Below are positions 28,812 through 43,214 of a stretch of 63,962 nt of DNA, one piece after another. The notes under the pieces are model-generated. The model was not told the DNA's origin. It did no database searches and was given only the letters and a program-made list of their open reading frames with translations. The DNA is from Octopus bimaculoides (lineage: Eukaryota), in assembly GCF_001194135.2 (NCBI RefSeq), contig NC_068990.1:12770839-12834800 (forward strand). Direction: 5' to 3'. Numbering within the stretch: position 1 is the first letter of the stretch; each line of letters begins with the position of its first letter. Both the position numbers and the translations under genes were made by a program.

Positions 28812-29039
28812 TTGGGTTGTCCTGAAAGTTCGTTTCGATTTTTAAAGGAAAGAAAAAGGTCAATAAATACTTGCCATTACATTTTTAATCAACCAAATAT
28901 GAACCATTTTGTTGCACAATGTGTCTCCGTCTTGCCTTTAACTTGAAAATACCCTCTTCTCAGAATTGAGGTGGTTTCATGGCAAATAAGTTGAAAGGTA
29001 AGCTACTATAAATCGACACAAGCTTTCCGGACAACCCAA
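28812..29039 (-). mobile_element. Internally deleted mariner (MITE), 228 bp, about 30-bp TIRs, TA TSD
   Basis: TA|TTGGGTTGTCCTGAAAG and CTTTCCGGACAACCCAA|TA. The minus strand retains the transposase tail FAMKPPQF*EEGIFKLKARRRHIVQQNGSYLVD*. Confidence 0.9.
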
Positions 29040-30524
29040 TACTAAATTCTTCTTGCAAGATATTGATCAACTGGAGTCTATGGTAGAAAACATCCAGATT
29101 GTATTGCTATGGGATTGAACCTGAAGCCATGTAGTTGTAAAGTAATTCTTAGTTCCACTGTTGTGTTTGGGTCCCACTGCAATATTAAATTTGTTGTATC
29201 TTCAGCACAGTGACATTAATATTTCTAAGTTTATTTGATTTCCTTTTTAAAACAAGTTTTATACTGAATAGCACCTTCTCTCCAATTCACTTGTTCTTCT
29301 TTCCCTATCATATTCTTGCCACCGAACACATGACATGAGTCACCTCCTCAATACTACACCCCCTTCAACTGAGGGGTCTTGTCTTGTACGCTACTTGGTA
29401 GCCCTACGTGTGCTGGTGACACGAAAAAAAGCTCCCAGTACATTCTATAAATGGGTTCTCATCAGGAAGGGCATCCAGCTCTAAAAACCATACAAAAACA
29501 GATACTGGAGCTTGACGCAGACCTCTGACTTGCCAGGTCCTGCCAGACATTTTCTGCCAATGTTAGGACCCTAAATAATGATGAAGATGATAATTTAGGG
29601 ATAGCTATCAGTATTTCTAAAAATTGGTAGAAGAGAAGTATGCTGATTCTTGATATTTCTGAATGAGGATGAACTGTCAGAATCTCAGACTAATCAATGG
29701 AAAGCAGGACATTTTAGAATGGAAGAAGCTGTACAAAATAAAATATATTCACTGATTCTATTTAGATGTTTACTTGTGCTATGTTTTTACTTCTGAGTAT
29801 ATTTCATAGTTACAAACAAATTTATCTATTTGTGAAAAAAAGTCCTAAAGAAACATGTTTATTACAAATGAACTCAAACTTTAAGATAAAAACATGAATA
29901 CCTTCAGGTATACTCTCATACATCGAATGTAAATATTATGGCAAGCTGATTTGAAAAAAAATATCTGTCTGAATCTTTTATTAACATGATTTTTTTGCAT
30001 TTTGAATTACTTAAGCCCTACATTTCCCTATGGAGCAAAAACTGTCAATGACTCTTTTCCATAGTTATTGACTCAGGGTTGTCTTATCTTAGTTGGTTTT
30101 CCTCTCCCTTGTCTGCTTGGTTTTGAATTGTCATTGATGCTTCTGTAACTTGGCTTTTTCTAGGTAGAGGTGTTGGCTTCTGTGCAAACATATTTTTATC
30201 CCTGGGGAGCAGTGGTCCATATCAGTCTGGACTTTATCATTTGATCTGTCCACCATAAAAGGCCCAGCCAAGAACTTGTGCTTCCTTGGTATAACTCTCA
30301 GGTCTTCGAAGCACACATACTACTATACAACTTTTTTCTAATATGTAAACTTATACATCAGGCATGAAATTAGTAGGATCATTAGAACAGCAGACAAATT
30401 ACTTTGTGGTGTTAAATTATGGTCTCTTCTAGGACTAGAAAATAAAATACCAGTCATATACTGAGGTCAATATAATCATTTATACCTACCCAACAATTAT
30501 ATATTAGAAATTCATATTTGCATG

Positions 30525-30715
30525 TACATCATCATCATCATCGTTTAACGTCCGCTTTCCATGCTAGCATGGGTTGAACGATTTGACTGAGGACTGGTGA
30601 ACCGGATGGCTACACCAGGCTCCAATCTGATCTGGCAGAGTTTCTACAGCTGGATGCCCTTCCTAACGCCAACCACTCAGAGAGTGTAGTGGGGGCTTTT
30701 TACGTGCCACCTGCA
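30525..30715 (-). mobile_element. RTE LINE 3' end with (GAT)n tail
   Basis: Near-identical to 56620-56790. Confidence 0.9.
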
Positions 30716-31914
30716 CTATGTTTTAATCAGTTTGATCTCTGATTATCATCAGGTTAGTTATTTCTGAGTATGTACATAATACCAAACTGTATTCAAATTA
30801 TGACCTTTTATTTATAAGCTAAATGTAGTAAGACTCTTATCCACTGTGCCATCGATGCTCGTACAAATGTCTTTTGCTCCTTGCTTGAATCCAGTCCAGT
30901 ACTATATAATATACACATCCATGAATAAGGCTGCTGGTACTGATTGTGGACTTAGTTAATGAACATGTAGCGTAGTTGTAAGTATTGAAATATTAACATA
31001 AGTTTCATCTCTAAAGTTGAGGCTAATTGCCTGAAAAATTATATTTTCAAGTCTATCATGATAGTTTAAGTTCATGATGATAGTAGCAGTATAAATTCGT
31101 AGGTTCCATCAAAGAAAAATATATCTATTGAAGATTTAAATCATCTGCTGGCATTTCGGTTGATTTTCTCCTTGCTTTGACAGTTACCGTTCCATGAATT
31201 CTTGTCACTCCTTGCAACTCCTCTTCCATCTCCTTCCTATTTCTTCATTGTCATGATATTTTTTTTCTCCCCCACTTTCTCTTCTCCCCATTTATTCACC
31301 TAGTACTACTAGTAAATAACTCATTTCTCTCCAATGAAATGTTCTGCCCCAAGCATTAGACTTCTCTTCTTCTGGCACAATAATTTATTCCACTGTGTGA
31401 ACTTTTTATATCTTTTGAAGAAGAGCTTACAGTTCCAGTGTGAACGCGGGGGATTTTAGATTTCACATTAGTAGTTATTTGTGAATATATATAAAAAAAA
31501 TGAAGTCTGGTATTGACTGTAGCTTTGATTAAATTCTATTGTTGCAATGTGCAACATACTAATATATTGGAAATTTTCCCAAATATTTGTGTAAATTTAT
31601 TTCTGTGAATTTTGTAAAGAAATAGCTTCTTTGATAAACCAGAAACATATTTATAAAATGACTTAATAACAGACACAGCACAAATAACTTCGACATCTGC
31701 TCAAAACGAGGAGTAATGATAACTAAATTTCAATCTCTTCCTGATGTATACTGCTAAATAATTCTGACATTGTTTATTAATCTTATTATAATTTAACACC
31801 ACTTTTGACCCTAAATAAAATAATACTGACCTACCAGTTTCTCCATTATAGAAATGCTGCATTGAGAAATGTTCTAAAACTAAACAAACTGTGTGTGTGT
31901 GTGTGTGTGTATAA

Positions 31915-31953
<39 letters not shown>

Positions 31954-32515
31954 TATAGATATAGTTATATATATATGTATATATATGTATATGTGTGTAT
32001 ATATATATATAAATATATATACATATATATATANNNNNNNNNNNNNNNNNNNNNNNNNNNNNNNNNNNNNNNNNNNNNNNNNNNNNNNNNNNNNNNNNNN
32101 NNNNNNNNNNNNNNNNNNNNNNNNNNNNNNNNNNNNNNNNNNNNNNNNNNNNNNNNNNNNNNNNNNNNNNNNNNNNNNNNNNNNNNNNNNNNNNNNNNNN
32201 NNNNNNNNNNNNNNNNNNNNNNNNNNNNNNNNNNNNNNNNNNNNNNNNNNNNNNNNNNNNNNNNNNNNNNNNNNNNNNNNNNNNNNNNNNNNNNNNNNNN
32301 NNNNNNNNNNNNNNNNNNNNNNNNNNNNNNNNNNNNNNNNNNNNNNNNNNNNNNNNNNNNNNNNNNNNNNNNNNNNNNNNNNNNNNNNNNNNNNNNNNNN
32401 NNNNNNNNNNNNNNNNNNNNNNNNNNNNNNNNNNNNNNNNNNNNNNNNNNNNNNNNNNNNNNNNNNNNNNNNNNNNNNNNNNNNNNNNNNNNATATATAT
32501 ATATATATATATACA

Positions 32516-33253
32516 CTAGCTGATGTATCCTGTAATTCTCGGGAAAGCGAGGCTTATCCCTTGGTTCCATTCTCATAATTGTTTCACTAGTCCAATTCCA
32601 ATAACAAAAATACGAAGTATGTAGCCCATAAAACGGGTTTTGTGCATTTACAGAGAATACTGAGCTGTCTTAAGGAATCCTCAATAAGTTATGAATACCC
32701 AAATAGAGAAGTCAGTTGTGTAATAACATTAAATTAGTTACCAGATAGTAAGGATTCAAATAAAGTAACCCTGAAAAGGGATTTAATGTGTTCCCAGAGT
32801 ATATAGCACATAAGAGGAAATACTAATAAGGTATGTATACTAAAATCGTGAAGCATGTTACATAATTACTGGCTAATCCGATATGAGATAATAACAATTC
32901 AAAGTAAGTAACTCTGAAAAGGGCTTTTGTGCATACTCAATTTCATTTAACCATATAATTTAGGAAAATGAACGGGTTATTTCCTTTGGCTATATATAAG
33001 GATCCCTTCCAGGGGCGAATGGGTTGTTTGCCTTAGTTTTTAGACTAAAATGATGTATTAGATATATATACAAGGATCCCTTCCAGGGACCTTATTATCT
33101 ATTTTTCAACAATCTGAATATGCCATGAGGTTTCCAGACATGCTTTCTACTCACGTGTCAAGTTTCATCAAAATCGGTAAAACGATGTAGGAGGAGTTAG
33201 CTAACAACTCCACAAACACACCCACAGAGAAAATTTCCCACATATGTAGTAGA
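32516..33253 (-). mobile_element. Non-autonomous Helitron, 738 bp
   Basis: The minus strand starts A|TCTAC and ends CAGCTAG|T (A|T target, no TSD). A subterminal hairpin tcctg-taattct-cggga lies near the 3' end. It carries the aagtttcatcaaaatcgg motif typical of small Helitrons and sits in (TA)n. Confidence 0.75.
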
Positions 33254-33316
33254 TATGTATACATACATATATATCTATATATATATACATATATATGCAT
33301 TCATATATATGAAAAC

Positions 33317-33347
<31 letters not shown>

Positions 33348-33809
33348 NNNNNNNNNNNNNNNNNNNNNNNNNNNNNNNNNNNNNNNNNNNNNNNNNNNNN
33401 NNNNNNNNNNNNNNNNNNNNNNNNNNNNNNNNNNNNNNNNNNNNNNNNNNNNNNNNNNNNNNNNNNNNNNNNNNNNNNNNNNNNNNNNNNNNNNNNNNNN
33501 NNNNNNNNNNNNNNNNNNNNNNNNNNNNNNNNNNNNNNNNNNNNNNNNNNNNNNNNNNNNNNNNNNNNNNNNNNNNNNNNNNNNNNNNNNNNNNNNNNNN
33601 NNNNNNNNNNNNNNNNNNNNNNNNNNNNNNNNNNNNNNNNNNNNNNNNNNNNNNNNNNNNNNNNNNNNNNNNNNNNNNNNNNNNNNNNNNNNNNNNNNNN
33701 NNNNNNNNNNNNNNNNNNNNNNNNNNNNNNNNNNNNNNNNNNNNNNNNNNNNNNNNNNNNNNNNNNNNNNNNNNNNNNNNNNNNNNNNNNNNNNNNNNNN
33801 NNNNNNNNN

Positions 33810-33861
<52 letters not shown>

Positions 33862-33894
33862 TATATAGGCATACATATATATACATCCATGTGT

Positions 33895-35099
33895 GAGATA
33901 CTGCAGAGACAATACTGCTTTGTCTTCAGTAACGCTAATGCGGTTGATCTGGCTAGTATCAGTGATGTAAATCCTCAACTAACCATATCTGACATAACTG
34001 TAGGTGCTCCTGATATCCTAACAGAAATAGATAAACTCAAGCACAACTCACCAGTAGTTCCCTATAAGTTCCCGGCCACTGTCCAGAAGATGTGTCAACA
34101 TCAAATTGCACCACCTCTAGCTGAGCTCTGGAGAAACTCACTTGATGCAGGCTATATTCCTGATCATTTTCTTTCCCAGTCTGTCGTTCCAGTCTTCAGA
34201 AATGGAAACAAATCTCTTGCAGTGAACTACCGTCCGATTCCACTCACTTCTCTTATCATTAAAGTATTTGAGAGGGTGGTGAGATTGTGAATAGCTCACT
34301 TCCACTGCTGAAAAGAAGAAACTCTGAAATTACCATATGCTCTTTCCTTGGGAAAACTCCCTAGTGCCATCCAACAACACCAAAGTAATTGTAGATAGTG
34401 ATCTAAGCTGGAGTTTTCACGTAAAAAGCAAGGTAGACTTGGCCCAGAAGATGTGCTCCTGGATTCTGAGAACTTTCCAGTCTAGAGACAGCTACACCAT
34501 CATCCTTCTCTACTCTTGCCCAACTCTTGAATACTATTGACCACTGTGGTCCCTCTATACGAAGCAACTCATTATGAAAGTAGAAGCACTCCAGAGGTCA
34601 ATAACAAAAAAGATAGTTAGCATGAGAGGCAATGATTATTGAGGTCGACTAAAAAAGCTCAATCTCGACTCTCGCCAATGCCACGAGTAGTGCTACATCA
34701 TTTGTTTCTTGTGGAAAATATTCCATCAAATTTGTACGAATGATGTTGGCATCAATTTTAAAATCCTTCCAAGACTTGGCCCCCATGCTATATGCCCACT
34801 ACAAAAATCAAACTCGGTACGCATAGAAATATTACGCCACAATTACTTTATCTCAACTGGTCCAGCTCTCTTTAATACCATACCAAAATACGTCAAAATG
34901 GAAAAGGATTCCATAAAATTCAAATATTCACTAGACAAATTTGTTCAAAAAATCCTACACCTAGATATGTCTCCAACAATAAGAACTCTTTGCTAGAGTG
35001 GTCCATAATACCCCATATATGACTAAAAGACTTCACCAGGTGGTGCTATTAAGTTAGACATGGCCTATACTGGCTGAAACCTATCAAACTTATCAGTTA
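33895..35099 (+). mobile_element. 5'-truncated, internally deleted CR1-group LINE (decayed ORF2 and 3' UTR)
   Basis: The RT N-terminal motif ...PVFRNGNKSLAVNYRPIPLTSLIIKVFERVV is followed by post-RT motifs VIVDSDLSWSFHV..KMCSWILRTF, PLWSP, VEALQRSITKKI, GPALFNTIP and KYSLDKF. Multiple stops and frameshifts. Confidence 0.9.
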
Positions 35100-35137
35100 A
35101 GTTATATATATGTAAATATATAAATATATATATTATT

Positions 35138-35184
<47 letters not shown>

Positions 35185-35673
35185 NNNNNNNNNNNNNNNN
35201 NNNNNNNNNNNNNNNNNNNNNNNNNNNNNNNNNNNNNNNNNNNNNNNNNNNNNNNNNNNNNNNNNNNNNNNNNNNNNNNNNNNNNNNNNNNNNNNNNNNN
35301 NNNNNNNNNNNNNNNNNNNNNNNNNNNNNNNNNNNNNNNNNNNNNNNNNNNNNNNNNNNNNNNNNNNNNNNNNNNNNNNNNNNNNNNNNNNNNNNNNNNN
35401 NNNNNNNNNNNNNNNNNNNNNNNNNNNNNNNNNNNNNNNNNNNNNNNNNNNNNNNNTATATATATATATTTATATATATATATATATTTATATATATGTA
35501 TATATTGAAGTCAGAGAGAGAGGAAGCTAACCAAGATTTGCATCAGTAAACAAGTCTTTAACTTCATTTACAGCCTTTCGGTCCTGCTTCTTATTTCTTT
35601 GAAGAACAATCCTGCCTGAACCATCAGTACTTACCTCTCATCATGTCACATGAACTGTTTTATTTCACACATG

Positions 35674-35727
<54 letters not shown>

Positions 35728-36004
35728 TACATACACACACATATATGTATATATACATATATATGCACAAACATACCTATGTATATATATACACACACAA
35801 CCACTCAAACATATACATACATACATACATACATAAACATATATAAGTGTGTGTGTGTGTATGTGTGTTAGCGAATTTGAAAGACAGTAGCATTCAACAC
35901 ATTTGGTAGGAGTTGCATATAAGTGTTGGGGTTAGAAAGTAATGCAATTTCTATTTCTTTCTTTTTTCTTTTGACTCAGCTCCACATGACATGAAGTTTC
36001 ACGG

Positions 36005-36250
36005 ATGCATAAAACCCATCCACCTCATCGGCTCTTAGTGTCTGATGAGACCAGGTGGTGCATTGTTCTGTGGAGGAAAAAAACTTATGATCTCACATTG
36101 CTCTGCAATCACTTCAACACCCACCTGACACATGGCACACTGTGTACCTGTTTAGGCAATGTTGATTTGATGGATGGAGGGATAAAAAATTTGTGGAGGT
36201 CACTTGGCAAAAGCTGAACACTTATATGTCATCTTTGACAGGAGAAACCA
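36005..36250. mobile_element. Possible decayed mariner-derived repeat fragment
   Basis: The minus strand gives a frameshifted FLH(Q)NNAPP, resembling the mariner HDNA motif. Weak. Confidence 0.3.
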
Positions 36251-36334
36251 TCACACACAAACACACACGCACACACTTGTCTAACTAGTGTGGAAAAATT
36301 GATTGATGAATGAATTATATATATATATATATAA

Positions 36335-36720
36335 GCGCAGGAGTGGCTGTGTGGGAAGTAGTGTACTTACCAACCATATGGTTCTGGGTTCAGTCCCACT
36401 GCATGGCACCTTGGGCAAGTGTCTTCTACTATAGCCTTAGGCTGACCAAAGCCTTGTGAGTGGATTTGGTAGACAGAAACTGAAAGAAGCTCGTTGTATA
36501 TATGTATATATATGTGTGTGTATTTGTGTGTCTGTATTTGTCCCCCCCAAAATCATTTGACATTCGATGCTGGTGTGTTTACATCCCCAGTAGATGAGAC
36601 CAATAGAATAAGTACTAGGCTTATAAAGAATAAGTCCTGGGGTCGATTTGCTCGACTAAAGGCAGTGCTCCAGCATGGCCGCAGTCAAATGATTGAAACA
36701 AGTAAAAGAGTAAAAGTGTA
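36335..36720 (+). mobile_element. Full-length SINE family A, directly followed by an RTE 3' end (36730-37015)
   Basis: Runs from gcgcaggagtggctgtgtgg to aagtaaaagagtaaaag; homologous to 4044-4470. Confidence 0.9.
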
Positions 36721-39094
36721 TATAGCTGTGGCTGTTGACAGGCATGTAAGAAGCACCGTTTGAGCATGTTGCCAGTGTCACGTCAGTGGCACCCATGCTG
36801 GTGGCACATAAAATGCACCGTCTGAGTGTGTGACCATTGCTGGTGTGACATAAAAAGCACCTATTATGCTGTTGGAGTGGCTGGTGTTAGGAAGGGCATC
36901 CAGCTGTAGAAGCCATGCCAAACCAGACTGGAAACTGGTGTAGCCCCCCAGCTCACCAGCTTTTTAGTCAAACCGCTCAACCCATGCCAGCATGGAAAAC
37001 AGATGTTATATGATGATAATATGTATATACATATATTTATATACATATTTGTGTGTGTTTATATATGTACATATGTATGTGTATGTATGTATGTATGTAT
37101 GTAATCATCCTCATCATCATCATAATCATTTTACAGAGTCCGTCTTCATGGAAAAAGTTCTTATTCAAAGTTACGGCCCTCTTGCATATATCAGGGCCTA
37201 TGACTTGTCTTGCACATAGCATAAATATTTTGCTATATATTTACTACTGGATGCTCTCTCTGTCACCAATCCCTTTACTGAATGCACTGAGAGTAACATT
37301 GCATTTATAACATTGCATTTTTTTTAGATGCCCTTATAAATTATATCTTAACATTGTTGTGAAAGGACTCCAACCACCCCTATGTGACTAAAAGTGGATT
37401 GGCGCATTTCAATGAAATAAAGAACTGTTGAGTTAACAACAGCAACTGTTTGGAAGTAGTTCACCGTGAGCTGTTGGCAGAGAGTGTTTAACCTCATATA
37501 ACAGTAATCTCAGTGTATCATGTAAATACTCCGTTCCCCCTGCTTTGTTAAATTATTTATCCAACACCAGGATATAAGAAATATATTATATGAACTTTTA
37601 AATCTTCACTGTCATTACAACAGGATAGATGTATCTTATATCTTTTACTTGTTTCAGTTATTGGACTGTGGCCATGCTGGGGCAATGCTTTGAAAGATTT
37701 TTAGTCCAAGATATTGCTCCCAGGACTTATTTTTGTAATGTTTGGTACATATTTTATCAGTCTCTTTTTCTGAACTACTAAGTAATGGACATGTAAACAA
37801 ACCAACACCAGTTGTCAAGTGGTGGGGGACAGACACAAACACATACATACACACACACATGCATACATACATACACACACAAACATGCACACATACACAC
37901 ATACTTACATACACACATACTTACNNNNNNNNNNACATACACACATACTTACATACACACATACTTACATACACACATGCATACACACACACATACATAC
38001 AATCATGCACACATACATACACACATATACTTACACACACACATGCATACACACACACACCTACATACATACATACATACATTCATTCATACATTCATTC
38101 ATTCATTATGAAACCAGTAAAAGAGAAAATTCCTTGACCTGTAATATGTGTAAAAAAGTAAATATTTGTATATTATTTTGAGTTGAAAATATTGCAAGGC
38201 AAGATAAATTGAATCTAGTTAACTGACAAAATTTTAAATTACTTCATAATTATTCAAATTAATGTAACTTGAACCAAGTGAACTTCTAATTAGAAAGTGG
38301 AATATTTAATCAAACTCTAGCATTGAAGTCAAAATCATGAAATGAAAAGCTAGTGTTTGGGGAAATCCTAAAACATCTGTAATGATTTGTAATTAATAAT
38401 AAATCATTTATTTATTTTATAATATTTTTAAATGTTATTGACAATTCATACTAGAAGCGATGGCAGCAAGTTGGAAAAAAATATAGGGCATGGTACTTCT
38501 TTATGTTGTTATGTTTGTTGGGGTGGGCTTTGCTGAACAAACAACTAAGATGATTGATAATTAGGAAGGGGACAATTTGAAAGTACTCATAAACTGAATG
38601 TCTGCAGAGAAAAACAGATGTAAAAATGTGATTAATGATGTTAATGACTGAAATAAATAAGAAATAAATGTTAATTAGTTACATTGAAATTGATGGCAAG
38701 GAAGACAGTTGGGTGTATTTAACAAAGATTCAAGATGAATTAACATCTGCACACACTTCTTCCATCAATATATACTGTTATGGTCGAGGTATACAGTGTC
38801 AAATGTAATGATTGATGGAGCCAGGATAAAATTCAGAAATAAAAAAGTCAAAGGTCACAGAACGAAATTATCAGCAACAATTCTATCTCTGAGACATAAA
38901 TTTTCTGTTGTTAATATGGGTGATGCTATCGATGGAAGTTACAGCTACTTAAGTCAGTATATTAGAGATGAGATTCTGAAAGAATTGTGATATTTTGTTT
39001 CAATGCTGGTAGGTTTTTCTTAAACATTATTATTACTAGCATCATTTTTGATAGTAGCTGCTTTACCAATATGGTTTAAAACTTGACATTTTAA

Positions 39095-39417
39095 CCCTTT
39101 TGTGACCACATTTAAAGAAACAGACTGACAACGTGTTTTAATTACTTTTGAAAATAATCAAGAATTTAACGTAAGAACCTTTTGTTAGCTTACATTTCAA
39201 ACACAAGCTTTAGAATGGAAAACAGAAAACAGTCGTTTTATTAAACAATTAACTTTTGTTTAGTTATAAAGCTAGTGTTTGGAACATAATATAACAAAAG
39301 TTTCTCACATTAAATTCCAATGAAAGGTTTTAATTTTAAAATGAATACTTTAAAACATGTGGTTTTTATATTATAAAACCAAGGGTGGTCTCAAGCTGTT
39401 TGATATCAAAAAAGGGG
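39095..39417. mobile_element. piggyBac-type MITE with TTAA TSD; opposite-orientation partial copies at 39621-39841 and about 39900-40022
   Basis: TTAA|CCCTTTTG at the left end and CAAAAAAGGGG|TTAA at the right. The internal aagctagtgtttggaacataa motif recurs as its reverse complement downstream. Confidence 0.7.
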
Positions 39418-41229
39418 TTAAACCTTCTTGAAAATTAGTCATTCATATAATATTCAGTTTCTTATCTCTACTGCTTCAGCATTTATATACAAAAAAAGTA
39501 TATCTCTCTTTGTCCTTATCCCATAGTGTTTTATCTCTGAAAGACTGATCTATTTGTTGGGTAAACATTAGTGATGTTTTTGCAATAGAAAGCAAAATGT
39601 GATTTCATAATATTTTTGCGACCACCCTGCCTGAATCTGCCCCTGGTTGGTTCTATGATACAAAATTTCTGATTTAAAGTGATTTAAATTAAAATCTGCA
39701 ATCAAAACTTCTTGTTTATTTATGTTTCAAACATCAGCTTAAAAACAACAAAGTTCTTTGACTAATTTAATTTCTTCATTGTTTCGAAAATTAATTCAGA
39801 CATAAGGAATGTATTTCAACAGAAATATGGTAACAAAAGAGTTAAAGTGACCTAAATTTAAACTTTCTGTCAAAATTTTACATTTATGGCAGCAAAGAAA
39901 CTTGGTTGTGTTTCCAAACACCAGCTTAATAATGACAGTTCTTTTACAGAATTCTTCATTATTTAAAAAAAAATAATTGAATTAAAGGCAGTCTAATACA
40001 GCAGAAATATGGTGATAAAAGGTAACGTATTTTATACTTTAACCACTACTAAACAACTTGGGGGAACTTCCAGTCACAACACCTTCATGGTTTAAAGCTC
40101 CACAATCTACAGTTCAACATTCCAGAGAGACCTTTTACAAGATATTTATGGCCAAAATTCCTGATATATAAACCTTGATGACAATTCCTCACTGACACAT
40201 ATATTTCACTTACTTAGTCAAGCATTATGTTCAGGTTAGTGATAAGAATGTTTTGATTGGATATAATCACATGACTAACATCTTTTGGTTTTTCCACTTA
40301 GTTTTGTGTTGCCATTCCCTTCTGACTGATTGTTTGATCAACAATACTAAGGTTTCTTGATGTATTGATACACCTCATTACATTTTCTTAAGGTTTTTAT
40401 CCCTCATTTAATATAAAAATGTTCTGTAAGCATGAAATGATACACATTATAAATGCCTCACTAACTCACAAAACAGTAATTTACTTCAAAAGATGTTCAT
40501 AAAAAAAAGCTAATTAACAAACAACTTGCAGACATAATCAGTTAAATAGGAACAAAAGAACACAAACAGTCTATAATATACTAATATATTAAAAAAAAAA
40601 AAAATGAAACAGACCAAAATGAATGGTCAAACAAAATCATTAATCGTATCAGTTTTCATACTGATTTTGCTAAATAGAATTTTGTCATTAGCTTATCACA
40701 CTTGAAAGGCAGACCACCTCGCCACGTCAACCTAATTCAGTTCAACTAGAATTCACTATTGATGTGACTAGGTAAAATTTGGATTCCTTTGTATTTCTCT
40801 ACTACGTATAATGCTATTAAATAATTCCTGATGTTTGAGATATGTTTGGTTCTTTGACATTATCATGATCTTCCTTTTCTATTAAATTGTTGTACGATTG
40901 AGCCAATGAGGGAGAGTCATACATATTCTTTTTATTAAATATATTTTATATCACAATTGGTGAACGATAGTGAGCAAATCATGGGTTCACAGCATTTCAG
41001 ACAATGAGAGGCGCAGGGGAGTTTCTATAACTCAATGCAGAACAAGTATCTCAAGGAGATTCATTTGTAAAACACTGTTTCTTTGTTTCTTTTTTTTAAC
41101 TCATTTATGTTTATATTGGTAAGAGATATAAACATACATGCACATTCACTCATAAATACTCACGTGAGGGTATGAATGCATCTCTATGTATATAAATGTG
41201 TATATGTATAAATGTTTGTGTGTATATGT

Positions 41230-41263
<34 letters not shown>

Positions 41264-42469
41264 TATTTTATTCTTTTACTTGTTTCTGTCATTTGACTGT
41301 GGCTATATATACATATATGTATGTATAGATATATGTATGTGTGTGTATACAATATATGTGTATGTGTATATATATATACACACATAAATCTTTGCATATA
41401 TGTGTGTGTATATGTGTATATATATTTTTTAAACATATATATATATGTATATATATATATGCATATATTGTATGTATGTTTATATCCAGTGGATTTCCAT
41501 CCAGTTCCCATAAGTCAAATTCCTCTCACAAGCTAATTAGTATCACAACTTGAGGCTATGATATAAAGAGATTTGCAGATTTGCCCCAAGCACCACACAC
41601 TGGGATCAAACATGGAACCAAACTTTTGTGAAAGGAACTTTTTAACCACACAGCCATGCCATGTCTATGCACGGAATTATATCTACAGAAAGTAAATTTA
41701 CTCAAAGAGAGACCTACATTACTGCATTCCAGCAGCAAACATGATTGCGGAGATAGCTTTACTAATGTGCTTTTAGTGGACGGATACAAAAAGAACTGGA
41801 AATATAAATGGTTTGTAAAGCAGATTAGTTGCGATATTTTGTTGATTTTTGAATAAAGTGAGGATTGGTGAAATTAAAGCTATTGTGAAGGAAATTTGTT
41901 GAGAAAAATGGCTACTTTACACTCTAATCTCTAGATTTGCCAAAAGATTAAGAAAAGCTTTGATTCTAGTTAGATAGCTATATTTATTTTTCTATGGCAA
42001 ACCTTATTGGAGAATACACAATGCAGATTTATTCAATTTTTTTTCCCTGCGTTTTTGGCGTTTTTTCAAACAAAATAGTTGGCACTATAATGGAATTATA
42101 TAATGCTTTTTAATCTATTTTCCTATGGTCATATATATATGTTGGATGATGATTCCTGTGATAAGGTTTTGGTCACTAGCAGTCCTGCCATATATAAACT
42201 TAATAGATTATTTTTTATTTTTAAGAATAGCTGATGGATCGAGTGTTTTTCAGCTGCAATTTCTTTCTCATGTCAACTACTCCATTGAATTGTTAACTGA
42301 AGAAGAAAGACTGTGTGAACTTGCTTGTTTTATTTTTTACTTACTGATTTTTACTTATGGCAGAGTTTTACAGCTTTTAGTATGGACCAATTCTGTATCA
42401 GATATACCTCTCTATATATATATCTCTGTAACTACTGTCTCATACAGTATGCATATGTGTGTGTTATAC

Positions 42470-42505
<36 letters not shown>

Positions 42506-43214
42506 TGAATTAGTGCTTAAGCACTATAAAATATATCCACGATATATCCACTGAATTGAAGAGCTGAATTATTAATATACCGTTAAACTTTAATATATTA
42601 ATATTAGAATGCAATAATCAGAAATGGGATTAGTTTGCATATATGGATAAATTGGCTAAAACGAATGTTCACAAAAACATATTTAGAATAATAAATTGCC
42701 AAGATTTCACAGTTGTTTCATAGTTATGTTATAAGGCCTACAGCTGTTTCCATAGTTAGAGTACTAACATTTTTCACTCATATAATTCCATAATTAATAT
42801 GTAAAAATACATATTTAATTAATTTTAATGAGATGGTTAAATCATTTCATCAGGAAATAAAAGTGAAATATGACAATCAAACACTGTTTCATTATTTAAT
42901 AATGTATTTTTATATATTAATTATGTAAGGAAATCTCTTTTCATTGCACAAGTAATGTGTTCCTAACAAACTTGCCATAATGCAAAATTCTGTAATGCAA
43001 ATTTAATTTTCTCATTGATTTTCCTTTTGTAAGATGAAAATGCATTCTGATGGATATTCCAAACATAAAAGAAGATAAAACAGAAAAAAAATAACATGTC
43101 CAGTATTATGCATGAAAATAACAGTTTCTAAATATGCATAGTACAATATGTATGCATAAAAATGTTTGAAATGAAACACATAAGGGAATAAAGAAGAATT
43201 GGAATATTATACTA

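Noticed and set aside
38796-38990. 64-aa ORF with protein-like composition
   Set aside because: No recognisable motif, a poor acceptor, and a length expected by chance.
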